From Promethearchaeota archaeon (GTDB lineage Archaea > Asgardarchaeota > Lokiarchaeia > Sigyniarchaeales > SOKP01), in contig WJIS01000026.1 in assembly GCA_014730165.1 (NCBI GenBank), positions 1 to 61,877 of the forward strand: a DNA stretch of 61,877 nucleotides, written 5' to 3'. Positions 9,998-19,851 of the stretch are shown here, piece after piece. Both the position numbers and the translations under genes were made by a program. Positions within the stretch are counted from its first letter, which is position 1. Each line of letters starts with the position of its first letter. The notes under the pieces were generated by a model that was not told where the DNA came from, did no database searches, and worked only from the letters and a program-made list of their open reading frames with translations.

Positions 9998-10564
9998 ATG
10001 AAAGAAGAAAGTAAGAAATCTCATGCATTTGGTGTGAGATTAAATAATAAGCAATACGAAAATTTGCTTGATTTCAGCCATGAATTTCATTTAAAAAAGA
10101 GTCAAGTCTTAAAGAAAGCATTTGATGAATGGATTGCACTCAAAAAGAGTTTCATGGATGAAAATATTATATTAATTAGTAAAGCATTGTTTCAAGAAAT
10201 TCTTGCAATCATCAGCGATGATGAAATTATACGCATAGGGCAGATGATGGCAAACAATTTCATCAGTAGACTTCATTTCAAGTTTATGAATAATGAAGGT
10301 GGCATAAAAATGCTCGATTTTCTCGATAGAGCATTAATTAACCTTGGACCTGAGGGTCATGCCTGGTTTAATGATATTAGTTTTAAATTCTTAGATAATC
10401 GGGAAATTGTAATTTTTGGGAGCCATTCCATCAATAAAAATTTCTCGAAATACATAAAAACAGTTCTTCATCCAATTATGAAGGAATTATTTAAGTATAA
10501 ATTAATAGATTCTCATATCTCAAATAACACGATCGAATTGAAATTCATCCCCATTCAAGATTAA
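9998..10564 (+). CDS. Hypothetical protein, possible ribbon-helix-helix N-terminus
   Basis: The ORF 9971..10564 has its first ATG at 9998 (MKEESKK). The N-terminal FGVRLNNKQYENLLDFS...SQVLKKAFDEWI resembles a CopG/RHH strand-helix-helix. No other motif seen. Confidence 0.4.
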   Translation: MKEESKKSHAFGVRLNNKQYENLLDFSHEFHLKKSQVLKKAFDEWIALKKSFMDENIILISKALFQEILAIISDDEIIRIGQMMANNFISRLHFKFMNNEGGIKMLDFLDRALINLGPEGHAWFNDISFKFLDNREIVIFGSHSINKNFSKYIKTVLHPIMKELFKYKLIDSHISNNTIELKFIPIQD

Positions 10565-10641
10565 AATATTAAAATTATCAGAAAAAAATACATTCAGAAT
10601 AACTCCAAGTTTAAAATTAATAACACAAGAAATGAATAAAA

Positions 10642-11763
10642 ATGAAAGATCTCTATGAAATAATTTTAAAGAATATGAGGGAGTATCCGAACGACATTCC
10701 AATGATAGATGGGAAAGTTTCGCCATCATTTCGAGAGTTTGTGGAATTGTTGTTTACTCCTAAGGAAGCTGAAGTGGTGCAATATTTAACCGTTAAACCC
10801 CAATCTATAAATCTTATTTACAAGAAAGCAAAAAAAGATGGTAAAACTAAAGAAGAGGTTCAACAAATTCTTGAAGATTTAGCAGACAATGGATTAATAC
10901 ACGATATTGGTGGATATTCGCATTATTTGGCAATGCCCCACTTGATGAACATGGGTTTTAAACTCCCAATAACGAGAGAGCGTCTAGGAATTAAGGCGGC
11001 AGAACTTTATCAACAGTTTTTTATTGAAGAGAAGTTTTATAAACGTTACGAATCCTCTGATGCAGGTACATCGTTCACGCGAGTTGTTCCAATTAATAAA
11101 TCAATCGACCATAAATCTGATGTTTCAAATTATGAAGAAATTCACGGAATAATTGATGATTGCATAGGTCCTATTGTAATCACGGATTGTCCCTGCCGTG
11201 CTCGTACAGACGCGCTTGATATAAGAGAGGAGAAGTGTAAGAAAACTTTTCCCATTGAAGGAACATGTTTTCAAATAGGATTATTTGGGAAATATTTCTT
11301 AAGAAGAAGGGAAGGAAAGGAGTTAACTCGGAGTGAAGCTCATGCGTTAGTCGATGATATAGCTCGAAGGGGATTAGTTTTCACCGTCAATAACGCAAAA
11401 GGAAAAATGCATCAAGTAATTTGTTCTTGTTGTCCGTGTTGCTGCGCGATATTAAGAGGAACGACACGGTTTGAAGATAAAAACGATTGTTGCACTGCCA
11501 AGGCAAATTTTATCTCAGTCGTTAATGAAAGTCTATGTAAGGGATGCGGATTGTGTGCAAATCGATGTCCGTTTAATGCAATCACTATCGAGAATGATAA
11601 AGCTAAAGTGAATGAGAATTCTTGTTGGGGGTGCGGTGTCTGTGCGTTCACCTGTCCAACTGATGCAATTAAACTCCACCGATTAGAGCGTTCATATATC
11701 CATGAAAATCCATTAGAATTAATGGAAACAATATATAAAGAAAACAGAAAGGAAATAGATTGA
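10642..11763 (+). CDS. 4Fe-4S dicluster domain protein
   Basis: 373 aa. Two ferredoxin motifs (CKGCGLCANRCP, CWGCGVCAFTCP) and an additional Cys-rich block (CSCCPCCC). Confidence 0.7.
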   Translation: MKDLYEIILKNMREYPNDIPMIDGKVSPSFREFVELLFTPKEAEVVQYLTVKPQSINLIYKKAKKDGKTKEEVQQILEDLADNGLIHDIGGYSHYLAMPHLMNMGFKLPITRERLGIKAAELYQQFFIEEKFYKRYESSDAGTSFTRVVPINKSIDHKSDVSNYEEIHGIIDDCIGPIVITDCPCRARTDALDIREEKCKKTFPIEGTCFQIGLFGKYFLRRREGKELTRSEAHALVDDIARRGLVFTVNNAKGKMHQVICSCCPCCCAILRGTTRFEDKNDCCTAKANFISVVNESLCKGCGLCANRCPFNAITIENDKAKVNENSCWGCGVCAFTCPTDAIKLHRLERSYIHENPLELMETIYKENRKEID

Positions 11764-12081
11764 AAAAAAGAAATTCTAATTCTTTCCAAAATCTGAATCG
11801 ATCGGATAGATGATTTCGTAATTAAGCTTATATATATGCTATAAAACAATTCTACTATTAGCTTTGTAGTGATAATTGTAACGATAATATAAATTCAGAA
11901 GATTATAATATCAAGAGAAACTCTTTGAAATAAAGCTTAATTTAGAGGAATTTAAAGAAACGGGAATAATGCATAATAGACTAATTTAATATATTATCTA
12001 TAAACATAAATATATGCTTTCAGAAAGGATCAATCTTCAAGAATTTGGTAATACTTACAACCCATATAAATAGAAAATTTC

Positions 12082-12489
12082 TTAAAATTTAAAGTCTTTC
12101 TGCCAGTTTTTATAGCCAAGACTCCATAATTTCAAGCGAGCCTTATCGATTTTATTGTCTAACTCCACACCAGGTTTTGGATTGTCCATAACTTCTCGAT
12201 AACGAAGATAATATTCATCAGCATCGGGATGACCCTTGATTAATTGTAAAATTGCTCCCTCAGTGAAATAAAGAAGGAGATCAGGTTCGATACCTGGATT
12301 ATCTCGTGTCATTTCTAATGTATTATCATCCTTTTTGTAAAGAAAATAATGAAGTTTTGGAGTTTCTTCTTTAGTAGATTTTTCTGTAATGAAATATTCC
12401 CAACACGCATTAACTTTCAAATGTCTCATCAAATCAAGATTGTTAGGAAAATATGCTTCCAATGTTTGATATAATTCTTTAGAATCCAT
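12082..12489 (-). CDS. Small protein, possibly SCP2-like fold; paralogous to the C-terminal extension of the Fe-S subunit at 14055..15707
   Basis: 135-aa ORF, last gene of the co-directional cluster. It aligns by eye to the tail of the CCG Fe-S protein (EETP..Y..DD...DL.L...A...LI....Y......NP....D......K...GY). Confidence 0.5.
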   Translation of the reverse strand: MDSKELYQTLEAYFPNNLDLMRHLKVNACWEYFITEKSTKEETPKLHYFLYKKDDNTLEMTRDNPGIEPDLLLYFTEGAILQLIKGHPDADEYYLRYREVMDNPKPGVELDNKIDKARLKLWSLGYKNWQKDFKF

Positions 12490-12506
12490 TTCATTAAGCC
12501 ATTCTT

Positions 12507-14000
12507 TTACTTAATTTTATCTAAATTTACTGGTGTTTGATCATTAATATATTTCTGAAAAACTAACTCTTGGGGATAGTATTTTGCACCCGCTGGATAT
12601 GCGGAATCTTTAATACCACCAAGAGCGACGGTTATATCGGTTAACATGGGTTTCGCATTAACATAGATATTCGCTGCTTCTAACCTTTTCTTAAAAATCT
12701 CAATTTGATCTAAATCACTTGAATAGACCACAGCTCGCATTCCATAATTACTTGCATTAGCTAATCGAATTGCGTCATCCATATCATCTGCTTTAGTTAC
12801 AGAGCGTACAGGCCCGAATGCTTCTTCTCTCCATAAGAATGGTGCTTTGCTTAAATCTTCGCATAATTCTGGTTTAATTTCTACAAGAGTTGGCAAGTAA
12901 AACAGTCCATAATCCTCTCCCGTATCAATTTTATCTCCACCAGTATATATCTTTGCATCATATTTTTTCGCATCAGCGACCATAACTTCCATCATCATTA
13001 AAATTTTTCTGCTACCTAACGGACCAATATCGGTTTGGGGATCTGTTGGGTCACCGTATTTCATTTTTTCTATTTCCTTTATGAGTAGTTCTATATAATC
13101 ATCATAAATATCTTTATGAACTATAATTCTCTTCATTGAGAAGCATTGTTGTCCAGAATTTGTATAACTTGCCATTGCATTCCACTTAGCTACTTGTTCT
13201 AAATTTACATCATCCATGATAATTCCTGCATCATTTCCGGCACATTCAAAAACGAATTGTTTAAATGGCATATTATACATTGGGATTCCCATTGATTTGT
13301 CAACTCGTTTTTTAAGTTCTTTAGCATATCTTACAAGAATATCCTTTGCAGTATGAGAAGAACTAATTGAAAGAAAGACTTTAATCAAATCAGATTTTAT
13401 AAATTCATTAACTGCCCATTGTCCGGGTGCGATTACTAGGTTTAAAGCACCTAGAGCGGGAATATCCATATCTTCCATCATAGAATACGCTTTAAGCATA
13501 GTGAGTGGACAAGCAGTAGAAGGTTTAACTAACGCAGGATTTCCTACCAAGTAATTAGCTCCAAGCTGATATAAGGGTAAACTAAGTGGGGTATTTCGTG
13601 GAGAGACACACGCGGCGATTCCCTGTGGGATATGCCTAATTTTTACAAAATCCTCTCCTTCAATGCTAGTAAGAGTTTTTTCCTCTATAAACTGATAATA
13701 CCATTCGCAAAATTTAAATCCATTAGAAACTATTGCGATTTCCCATTCAGAATATTTAATAGGTAAACCCCCCTCAGCAACTATTAATTTTTTAAGGTCT
13801 TTCTTTTTAAAACGTATTCTAGTTGCAAATTTTGAGAGAATTTTGGCTCGTTCGTGGAAATCCAACTCTCTTAATTCTTCTTGATTTCTCGCGATTGTCT
13901 TTATTTTCGTCTGTAACGTCTCTGCATTATCGGCGGGAATAGTATCGATTAACTCGCCGGTGTATTTATTCTTTATTTTTAATTCTTGTCTATTTGACAT
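12507..14000 (-). CDS. Aldehyde dehydrogenase family protein
   Basis: 497 aa. Catalytic Cys context GQQCFSMKRIIVH, Glu context FECAGNDA and the EEAFGPV motif. Confidence 0.8.
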   Translation of the reverse strand: MSNRQELKIKNKYTGELIDTIPADNAETLQTKIKTIARNQEELRELDFHERAKILSKFATRIRFKKKDLKKLIVAEGGLPIKYSEWEIAIVSNGFKFCEWYYQFIEEKTLTSIEGEDFVKIRHIPQGIAACVSPRNTPLSLPLYQLGANYLVGNPALVKPSTACPLTMLKAYSMMEDMDIPALGALNLVIAPGQWAVNEFIKSDLIKVFLSISSSHTAKDILVRYAKELKKRVDKSMGIPMYNMPFKQFVFECAGNDAGIIMDDVNLEQVAKWNAMASYTNSGQQCFSMKRIIVHKDIYDDYIELLIKEIEKMKYGDPTDPQTDIGPLGSRKILMMMEVMVADAKKYDAKIYTGGDKIDTGEDYGLFYLPTLVEIKPELCEDLSKAPFLWREEAFGPVRSVTKADDMDDAIRLANASNYGMRAVVYSSDLDQIEIFKKRLEAANIYVNAKPMLTDITVALGGIKDSAYPAGAKYYPQELVFQKYINDQTPVNLDKIK

Positions 14001-14054
14001 TTTATATCATTTATCTAATTTTTTGAATATAATTTAATAAATTAAAAAAAGAAA

Positions 14055-15707
14055 TTAAGCTACTTCATCTTCATCTTCCAATATTCCTGCTGCTTCAGCA
14101 AACTTACCATAACCCATATTTATTAAAGTCTTTGTTCGTTTATGAAGCAGAAAATCAATCCAACCTTCATCAATATCAGGCTCATTATAAAAATCTCCAA
14201 AAAGACTAGCATAGTCATTTTTCGAATTCATTTGAATTAATTTTGCTACCGCTTCCTTTGAAAGAGCTAGTTCAAGATCCGCATCATCAGCTTTACCGGA
14301 ATGTATCTGAATTCCATCATCCGTTCTGTAAACATGAAATATATCCATGGGAGTCTCATCTTCAAAATCTTCAAATGAATCATATATAGCAAAGTCCATG
14401 TCAGAGCCAGTAATTAAATCTGAGAAGATTTCAGGATATTGTCCTAAAAATTCCATATAATTCTGACAAATTTTAGATTCAGATCCAGATTGATCTAAAA
14501 CTTGGCTGGATAAATCCTTTTGATAAGTTTCACATAAAATTTCCGAAATATCGTTTATTTGATATCCATTTGCGTTTTCTGGAATACCATCTTTCAGATT
14601 TCTCTCGCAGAAAGGACATGCAGAAATTAAAATATCGATAGATTTGTCTAACGCTTCCATATTTCGATTTGAAGCAACTTGTACGGCTAATTCAGAATTG
14701 GATGATTTAACACCTCCTCCAGCACCACAGCAATGACTATAATTTCTTAGCGTATCAAGTTCTATGAAAGTAGAATTTTCAATATTACGTAATAAGACTC
14801 TTGGAGCTTCATATACTCCGGAATGTCGACCTAAATGACAAGGATCATGGTAAGTGATTTTTTTGTGGGTTTTCAATTTAAAGCCAACGGGATGGGTTGT
14901 AAAATAATCTTCTAAAAATTCAGTAAGATGAAGAAATTCAATATCAGTTGTATTAAAATCTTCATAATCACTTTTATACGTTCTATAACAACCAGCGCAT
15001 GGAAAAATTATTTTCTTAGTTTTTTCCTCTTTCAAATATTTCAAATTTTCTTCAGCGAGGTGTTGGAACGCATCTCTATATCCATATCGTTTCAAAATTG
15101 ACCCACAACAAGGTTCATCTTTTAATATTCTATAATTTACATCTAAGCTATCTAATAGTTTTATAGTTGAGATAGCAATATTCTGTTGCCGATATGATGA
15201 GGTACACCCTAAATAAAGTACATATTCTGCTTCATCTCTTTTAGCCTCCCCATTTAAAAATTTAAATCTGGTAGCTTTAGGTTCTCCGTAGGGATTTTGA
15301 TTTTTTCGAATACTTTCAAGAATTCTATCATGTTTTTCAATTTTGAATTCATTATCAACTAAATCTTGACGTAATGCTTCAATTAAAAGAGGAGTATCTA
15401 TTCCACCTTCAATCGCTAAGCAAGTTTCTCTACAACTGCCACATTGAGTGCATGAATAAGCCCAATTTAGAAAACTGTCATCAATCTTGAAGTTATTGTC
15501 AACTAAGGTTTTCATAATTAAAATTCTCCCTCTAGCATCATAAGCTTCAAATCCCATTACATTCTTAATAGGGCAAGGTTCACTCACATGTCTTTTTGCG
15601 GTTGAGATCTGTGTTCCCGAAGTACCGCAATCTCCACATTTTCCGCAGATTTGTAATAAATCTTCATGTTTTTTTAATTCAGAATAATTTACCATAATGT
15701 TCACCAA
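14055..15707 (-). CDS. Fe-S oxidoreductase with two CCG domains (GlcF/GlpC/HdrD-like) plus an acidic C-terminal extension
   Basis: Ferredoxin-like clusters CGKCGDCG and CTQCGSCRETC are followed by Cys-rich CCG-type blocks (PCCGS, CAGCY, HCCGAGGG, CPFCERN). About 150 extra C-terminal residues are rich in D/E. Confidence 0.75.
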   Translation of the reverse strand: MVNIMVNYSELKKHEDLLQICGKCGDCGTSGTQISTAKRHVSEPCPIKNVMGFEAYDARGRILIMKTLVDNNFKIDDSFLNWAYSCTQCGSCRETCLAIEGGIDTPLLIEALRQDLVDNEFKIEKHDRILESIRKNQNPYGEPKATRFKFLNGEAKRDEAEYVLYLGCTSSYRQQNIAISTIKLLDSLDVNYRILKDEPCCGSILKRYGYRDAFQHLAEENLKYLKEEKTKKIIFPCAGCYRTYKSDYEDFNTTDIEFLHLTEFLEDYFTTHPVGFKLKTHKKITYHDPCHLGRHSGVYEAPRVLLRNIENSTFIELDTLRNYSHCCGAGGGVKSSNSELAVQVASNRNMEALDKSIDILISACPFCERNLKDGIPENANGYQINDISEILCETYQKDLSSQVLDQSGSESKICQNYMEFLGQYPEIFSDLITGSDMDFAIYDSFEDFEDETPMDIFHVYRTDDGIQIHSGKADDADLELALSKEAVAKLIQMNSKNDYASLFGDFYNEPDIDEGWIDFLLHKRTKTLINMGYGKFAEAAGILEDEDEVA

Positions 15708-15714
15708 ATAAATA

Positions 15715-17160
15715 TTATAAACCGAAAGTTAATGGATTGATTATGTTTTTTGGATCTAGGGTCTTTTTTAATTGTTTGAGCGTCTTATAAAAGGAAGGGT
15801 TTACTCTTTTTAGAGCATAAGGCTCCCATAGTTTTCCTGTCCAATAAGGAACTCCGTCCAATTCCATTTCTAATTCTCTCAATTCATCCCATACTTCATA
15901 TGTAATCTCTTTATTAGACCGATCTTTCATAAAAATAGTTATCCAACCTGAAGTGAAGCAATGATCAACACCCAAAGCTGAGATAATCCAGTTAAATCCA
16001 TTCTTTTTTAATTCATATTTATTAGCTAGATGATGAAATCCTTCAATCAATTGGGGTAAGGTTGAGATTGGACGAATGTGACAAGTATTATACCAAAAGC
16101 CTTCTTCAAATAAGCTTTGAACCAAGTTAAACATATTTAGCCAGTGAGCCTTGGATAAAAACATACCTATAGATTTACCACCATATTTTCTTACTATCTT
16201 TTCACACATTTCTTTCTTTTGTTGTGCAATTTCCTCATTAGGCTCTTCAATTATTACCGCTAATATGCATTCTATATTTTTAAAAGTAGAACGATAACTT
16301 GAAGCGAGAAGATCAATTGAATTTGTATCTCCGAGCATAACTGCTTCCTCAACCAGATGATTACTTTGAATCTCATGAAATGCTTTAACAGCTTGTTCTA
16401 TGCTAGAAAATCCAAAATCAGAATATGCCTCGCCTTTCGGAAGAGGAAAGATTTTCAATGTCGCTTTGGTTTTTATACCAAGAGAACCATGATCTCCAAG
16501 AAATATACCGCTCATATCATTAAACGTACAATATCTTGCATAACTACCTTCAAACTTTGATGTTTTTATTCTCCAATTACTTCCTGTATTAATAATCTCA
16601 CCTGTGCTTAAAACCACTTCTAAACCGGTGATATTATCACATGCTCCTCCGTGAGAAGACGCCCCACAACCAATACTATTGGCGCTTAATGACCCCCCGA
16701 TTGTTCCAGCATTTCCTCCATAAGGACCTCTAAATCCTAATTTATATCCCTTTTCCTTTAATCTGTGAATTAACTCTGACCATGTGATACCTGATTGAAC
16801 AGTCACAGTCATTATATCTTCGTTAATCTCAATAATATCACGCATTCGTGTCATGTCTATCATAATTATTCCTGAAACTCGTGGAATGGTTGATCCATTT
16901 ATCGAACTTCTTCCACCAACAGGTATTACTGGGATATCTCTTTCATATGCAAATTCCATTATTCTCGAGACTTCATGTGCATTATTTGGTCTAACTACTA
17001 TTTGAGGTAAATTACCTTCAAAAGGGGAGGCATCTTCGGAATATGATATTAAAACGAATCTTTCTGAAGATACATTCTTTTCTCCAACTATTTTTCCTAA
17101 CTCTAGTCCTAATTTCCCATTCAGTTCTACTATTGTCATTTTTAATTCCTTATGATTCAA
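15715..17160 (-). CDS. FAD-linked oxidase (GlcD / D-lactate dehydrogenase-like)
   Basis: 481 aa. N-terminal FAD-binding PCMH-type region (VVRPNNAHEVSRIMEFAYERDIPVIPVGGRSS). It lies immediately upstream of the CCG Fe-S partner, as in GlcD-GlcF type systems. Confidence 0.75.
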   Translation of the reverse strand: MNHKELKMTIVELNGKLGLELGKIVGEKNVSSERFVLISYSEDASPFEGNLPQIVVRPNNAHEVSRIMEFAYERDIPVIPVGGRSSINGSTIPRVSGIIMIDMTRMRDIIEINEDIMTVTVQSGITWSELIHRLKEKGYKLGFRGPYGGNAGTIGGSLSANSIGCGASSHGGACDNITGLEVVLSTGEIINTGSNWRIKTSKFEGSYARYCTFNDMSGIFLGDHGSLGIKTKATLKIFPLPKGEAYSDFGFSSIEQAVKAFHEIQSNHLVEEAVMLGDTNSIDLLASSYRSTFKNIECILAVIIEEPNEEIAQQKKEMCEKIVRKYGGKSIGMFLSKAHWLNMFNLVQSLFEEGFWYNTCHIRPISTLPQLIEGFHHLANKYELKKNGFNWIISALGVDHCFTSGWITIFMKDRSNKEITYEVWDELRELEMELDGVPYWTGKLWEPYALKRVNPSFYKTLKQLKKTLDPKNIINPLTFGL

Positions 17161-17207
17161 TTCTCATGTTTCTTCAATTATTATAATTCCTATGATGATT
17201 TAATAAC

Positions 17208-18260
17208 CTATGAGTTAACAACATTGATTTCAGTCAAAACATCGCTAACTATTCTTGGTTCATCATCCACTTTTCCATTCTTATCAATATAATCTTTATA
17301 CCATTTCACAGTTTTTTCTAATCCTTTTTCAAGTGGAGTAATCGTATAATCTAATATCTCTTTTGCTTTTTCCGATGAGTATGATCTATTTAATTCAAAA
17401 CTATCTAACGTAGCTCTGGTTATATAGGGTATTTTTCCCGTAATTTTTGATTTTAATTCACATAACCAAGCGTAAAATTTAGCTGCTGACATTGGAAAGT
17501 GTCTTGGTTCCTTCTTTTCCGCGATATCAGCAATCATGCATAGATATTTGTCAAACTTTATGTTTTCTCCTCCGAGAATAAAATCTTCTCTTTGGATATT
17601 TTCCATTTCTAAGACCTTAACTAAAGTGTCAACTAAATCAAACACATAAGAAAAGCATGCCATGGAATCCCCATCTCCTGGACATCCCATAAATTTTCCT
17701 CTTACAATATCATAGAGCATCTCTCCAAAAATATTGAAATCCCCGGGACCGTAAACTATTCCCGGATAAAAAATTACTCCATTTAACCCTTTTTCAAAAT
17801 ATTTTTGAACTACCTTCTTACCTTCATATTTCGTTCTCTCATAATTAAGATAGAACTCGTCTGTTTTTTCATAGTGCTCACTAACCGGTTCTTCTGGAGT
17901 AGGTCCAAGAGCCGTGAATGAACTAATATAAATTAAACGTAGATTATTTTCAAAAGCTGTCTGTGCGATATTTTCGGTTCCTTTCACATTAATATTTTCA
18001 TAAACCTTATCATCTTTAGCCCATATACCTGTGTAAGCGGCTAAGTGGTAAATTACTTCAATATCTTCTGCAGCTTTTTGAATACTTTCAAAATCAGTAA
18101 TATCTCCAATAAAATATTCAATACCCTCTAAATCTTTAAACGGAGATATGTCACTTGTTTTTCTAACAAGCAACCTTAAATCATATCCTAATTCATATAG
18201 TTTTTTAACGAGGGGGATACCTATAAATCCAGTACCTCCGGTAACTAAAATTTTCTTCAT
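17208..18260 (-). CDS. NAD(P)-dependent epimerase/dehydratase-type extended SDR
   Basis: 350 aa. Rossmann motif VTGGTGFIG and the catalytic YERTK (YxxxK). Confidence 0.8.
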   Translation of the reverse strand: MKKILVTGGTGFIGIPLVKKLYELGYDLRLLVRKTSDISPFKDLEGIEYFIGDITDFESIQKAAEDIEVIYHLAAYTGIWAKDDKVYENINVKGTENIAQTAFENNLRLIYISSFTALGPTPEEPVSEHYEKTDEFYLNYERTKYEGKKVVQKYFEKGLNGVIFYPGIVYGPGDFNIFGEMLYDIVRGKFMGCPGDGDSMACFSYVFDLVDTLVKVLEMENIQREDFILGGENIKFDKYLCMIADIAEKKEPRHFPMSAAKFYAWLCELKSKITGKIPYITRATLDSFELNRSYSSEKAKEILDYTITPLEKGLEKTVKWYKDYIDKNGKVDDEPRIVSDVLTEINVVNS

Positions 18261-18538
18261 AATTACAACCTAAGAAATGTATTAAATGAGGTGAAAAGGA
18301 ACATATATATGAAATTATAAGGTTTTGTGTGTCTTAATTTTTAAACAAAATCAAATTTATCCAAATCTCAATCATTAAAAATATGAATGTTCGTAAAGTT
18401 GAGTCTCTTAACTATAATATTATGAAAAGGGGGGAAAATAAAGTACTCCGTTTTATATATTCTAATAATTCTAAATAAATTAGTACTTATATAATAATTC
18501 AAAATATATTTAGATTCAGATCAATATTAGAATATAGC

Positions 18539-19090
18539 ATGAGCGAAAAAAATTATTATAATTTCTTATCTCAACTTGAGTTACCATTTTTAGAAACTCA
18601 TCATGATGATTTAATTTCTATTTTCACTATTTTGGAAGATAAATTTGGGTTAAAACCAAACTCAACTCAAAAATTAATTGATTTAGGTGCGGGTGTTGGA
18701 GGAATCATATTATTCTCTGGAATAAATTATGAGATTGAATCATTTGGCATCGAAATTAACCCAACTTTAATTGAAGAATTCCTTCAGAAAATTGAGAAAC
18801 TCAAAAATGGTGATAAGATTTCCTCTGAACTTTTAAAAAAAATTAAGATGATTCATGCAGATCTATTCGAGCAAAATTTAGAACAATATGATTACATATA
18901 TCTCTATTCACTACCCACAATGCATAAATATCTTAGGCATGTAATTAAAACTGCTCAAAAAGGAGCAATTTTTATATCTTACAAATATCCTCTGAAAGAT
19001 TTCAAGAGGATACTGAAGAGGAGATATCAGCTAAAATTAGAAGAGAATAAACAGAGTATTGAGGTGTTTTTTTACGAAAAAATTACTTAA
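18539..19090 (+). CDS. Class I SAM-dependent methyltransferase
   Basis: 183 aa. Motif I is LIDLGAGVGG, with an acidic residue after beta-2 (GIEIN). Confidence 0.6.
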   Translation: MSEKNYYNFLSQLELPFLETHHDDLISIFTILEDKFGLKPNSTQKLIDLGAGVGGIILFSGINYEIESFGIEINPTLIEEFLQKIEKLKNGDKISSELLKKIKMIHADLFEQNLEQYDYIYLYSLPTMHKYLRHVIKTAQKGAIFISYKYPLKDFKRILKRRYQLKLEENKQSIEVFFYEKIT

Positions 19091-19313
19091 CATATTATAT
19101 TATTCTTTGGTTATTAGCTTGTAAGAACTCATATCTAATCTAAGATAACTGACTAATATTTAGAAAACTTACTTCTGAGAGCGAATTCGAGTAAAATTTA
19201 GAAATGCTTTACTCACTCTTTATTTAAATATCTTCATATAATTTACTTTGTTATATCAAGATCCGTGTGTTGATACAATAATTTTTATAAACGCATAAAA
19301 TAGTGAGGAAAAA

Positions 19314-19793
19314 ATGGCTTCGAATGTTTATATAGAAGGAATACATATCGAAAAATTTTTCCAACAAAAGGATCTTGATATTAAATTCAAAATAGAAACA
19401 GACGAAATAGATCTACATGAACGTAAGTATAATTTTATTTCCGAGCTTATCTGTGTATTTAGTAACTCTAATGACTCCCTAATTTTTTCAAAAAAATTTA
19501 CTCCCATTATTGATATTCTCTGTAAAGTTCCTTCGAAATTATTTAAAAATCAAGAATTTAAATCGTGTTTAATTGAAAAACCAAATTATAATGAGTCAAA
19601 GGTAAATATTTCTTTGAATAAAGAAAAACTCCTTCAAGAAAATGATTTTTTAACACTATTAGATAAGCTTAGGATAATAATCGATGCTGTAAATGACTTA
19701 GATTGTAACAAAAAGGCTGATCTATGTAAAATGGAACGTTCACTTATGAAATTATACTTAAAAAAACTCTCAACCAAATTCCAAAATATATAA
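19314..19793 (+). CDS. Hypothetical protein
   Basis: 159-aa ORF in a clean intergenic context. No recognisable motif. Confidence 0.35.
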   Translation: MASNVYIEGIHIEKFFQQKDLDIKFKIETDEIDLHERKYNFISELICVFSNSNDSLIFSKKFTPIIDILCKVPSKLFKNQEFKSCLIEKPNYNESKVNISLNKEKLLQENDFLTLLDKLRIIIDAVNDLDCNKKADLCKMERSLMKLYLKKLSTKFQNI

Positions 19794-19851
19794 TCCTTTT
19801 CGAAACTCTTAAGAACTAATTTTTTATGGAAAATATTATTTAATCACTTAA

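Noticed and set aside
9899-10024. N-terminal 42-codon extension of the MFS transporter ORF
   Set aside because: The extension is hydrophobic and low-complexity and would overlap the divergent gene's start region. The ATG at 9898 gives a normal MFS N-terminus.
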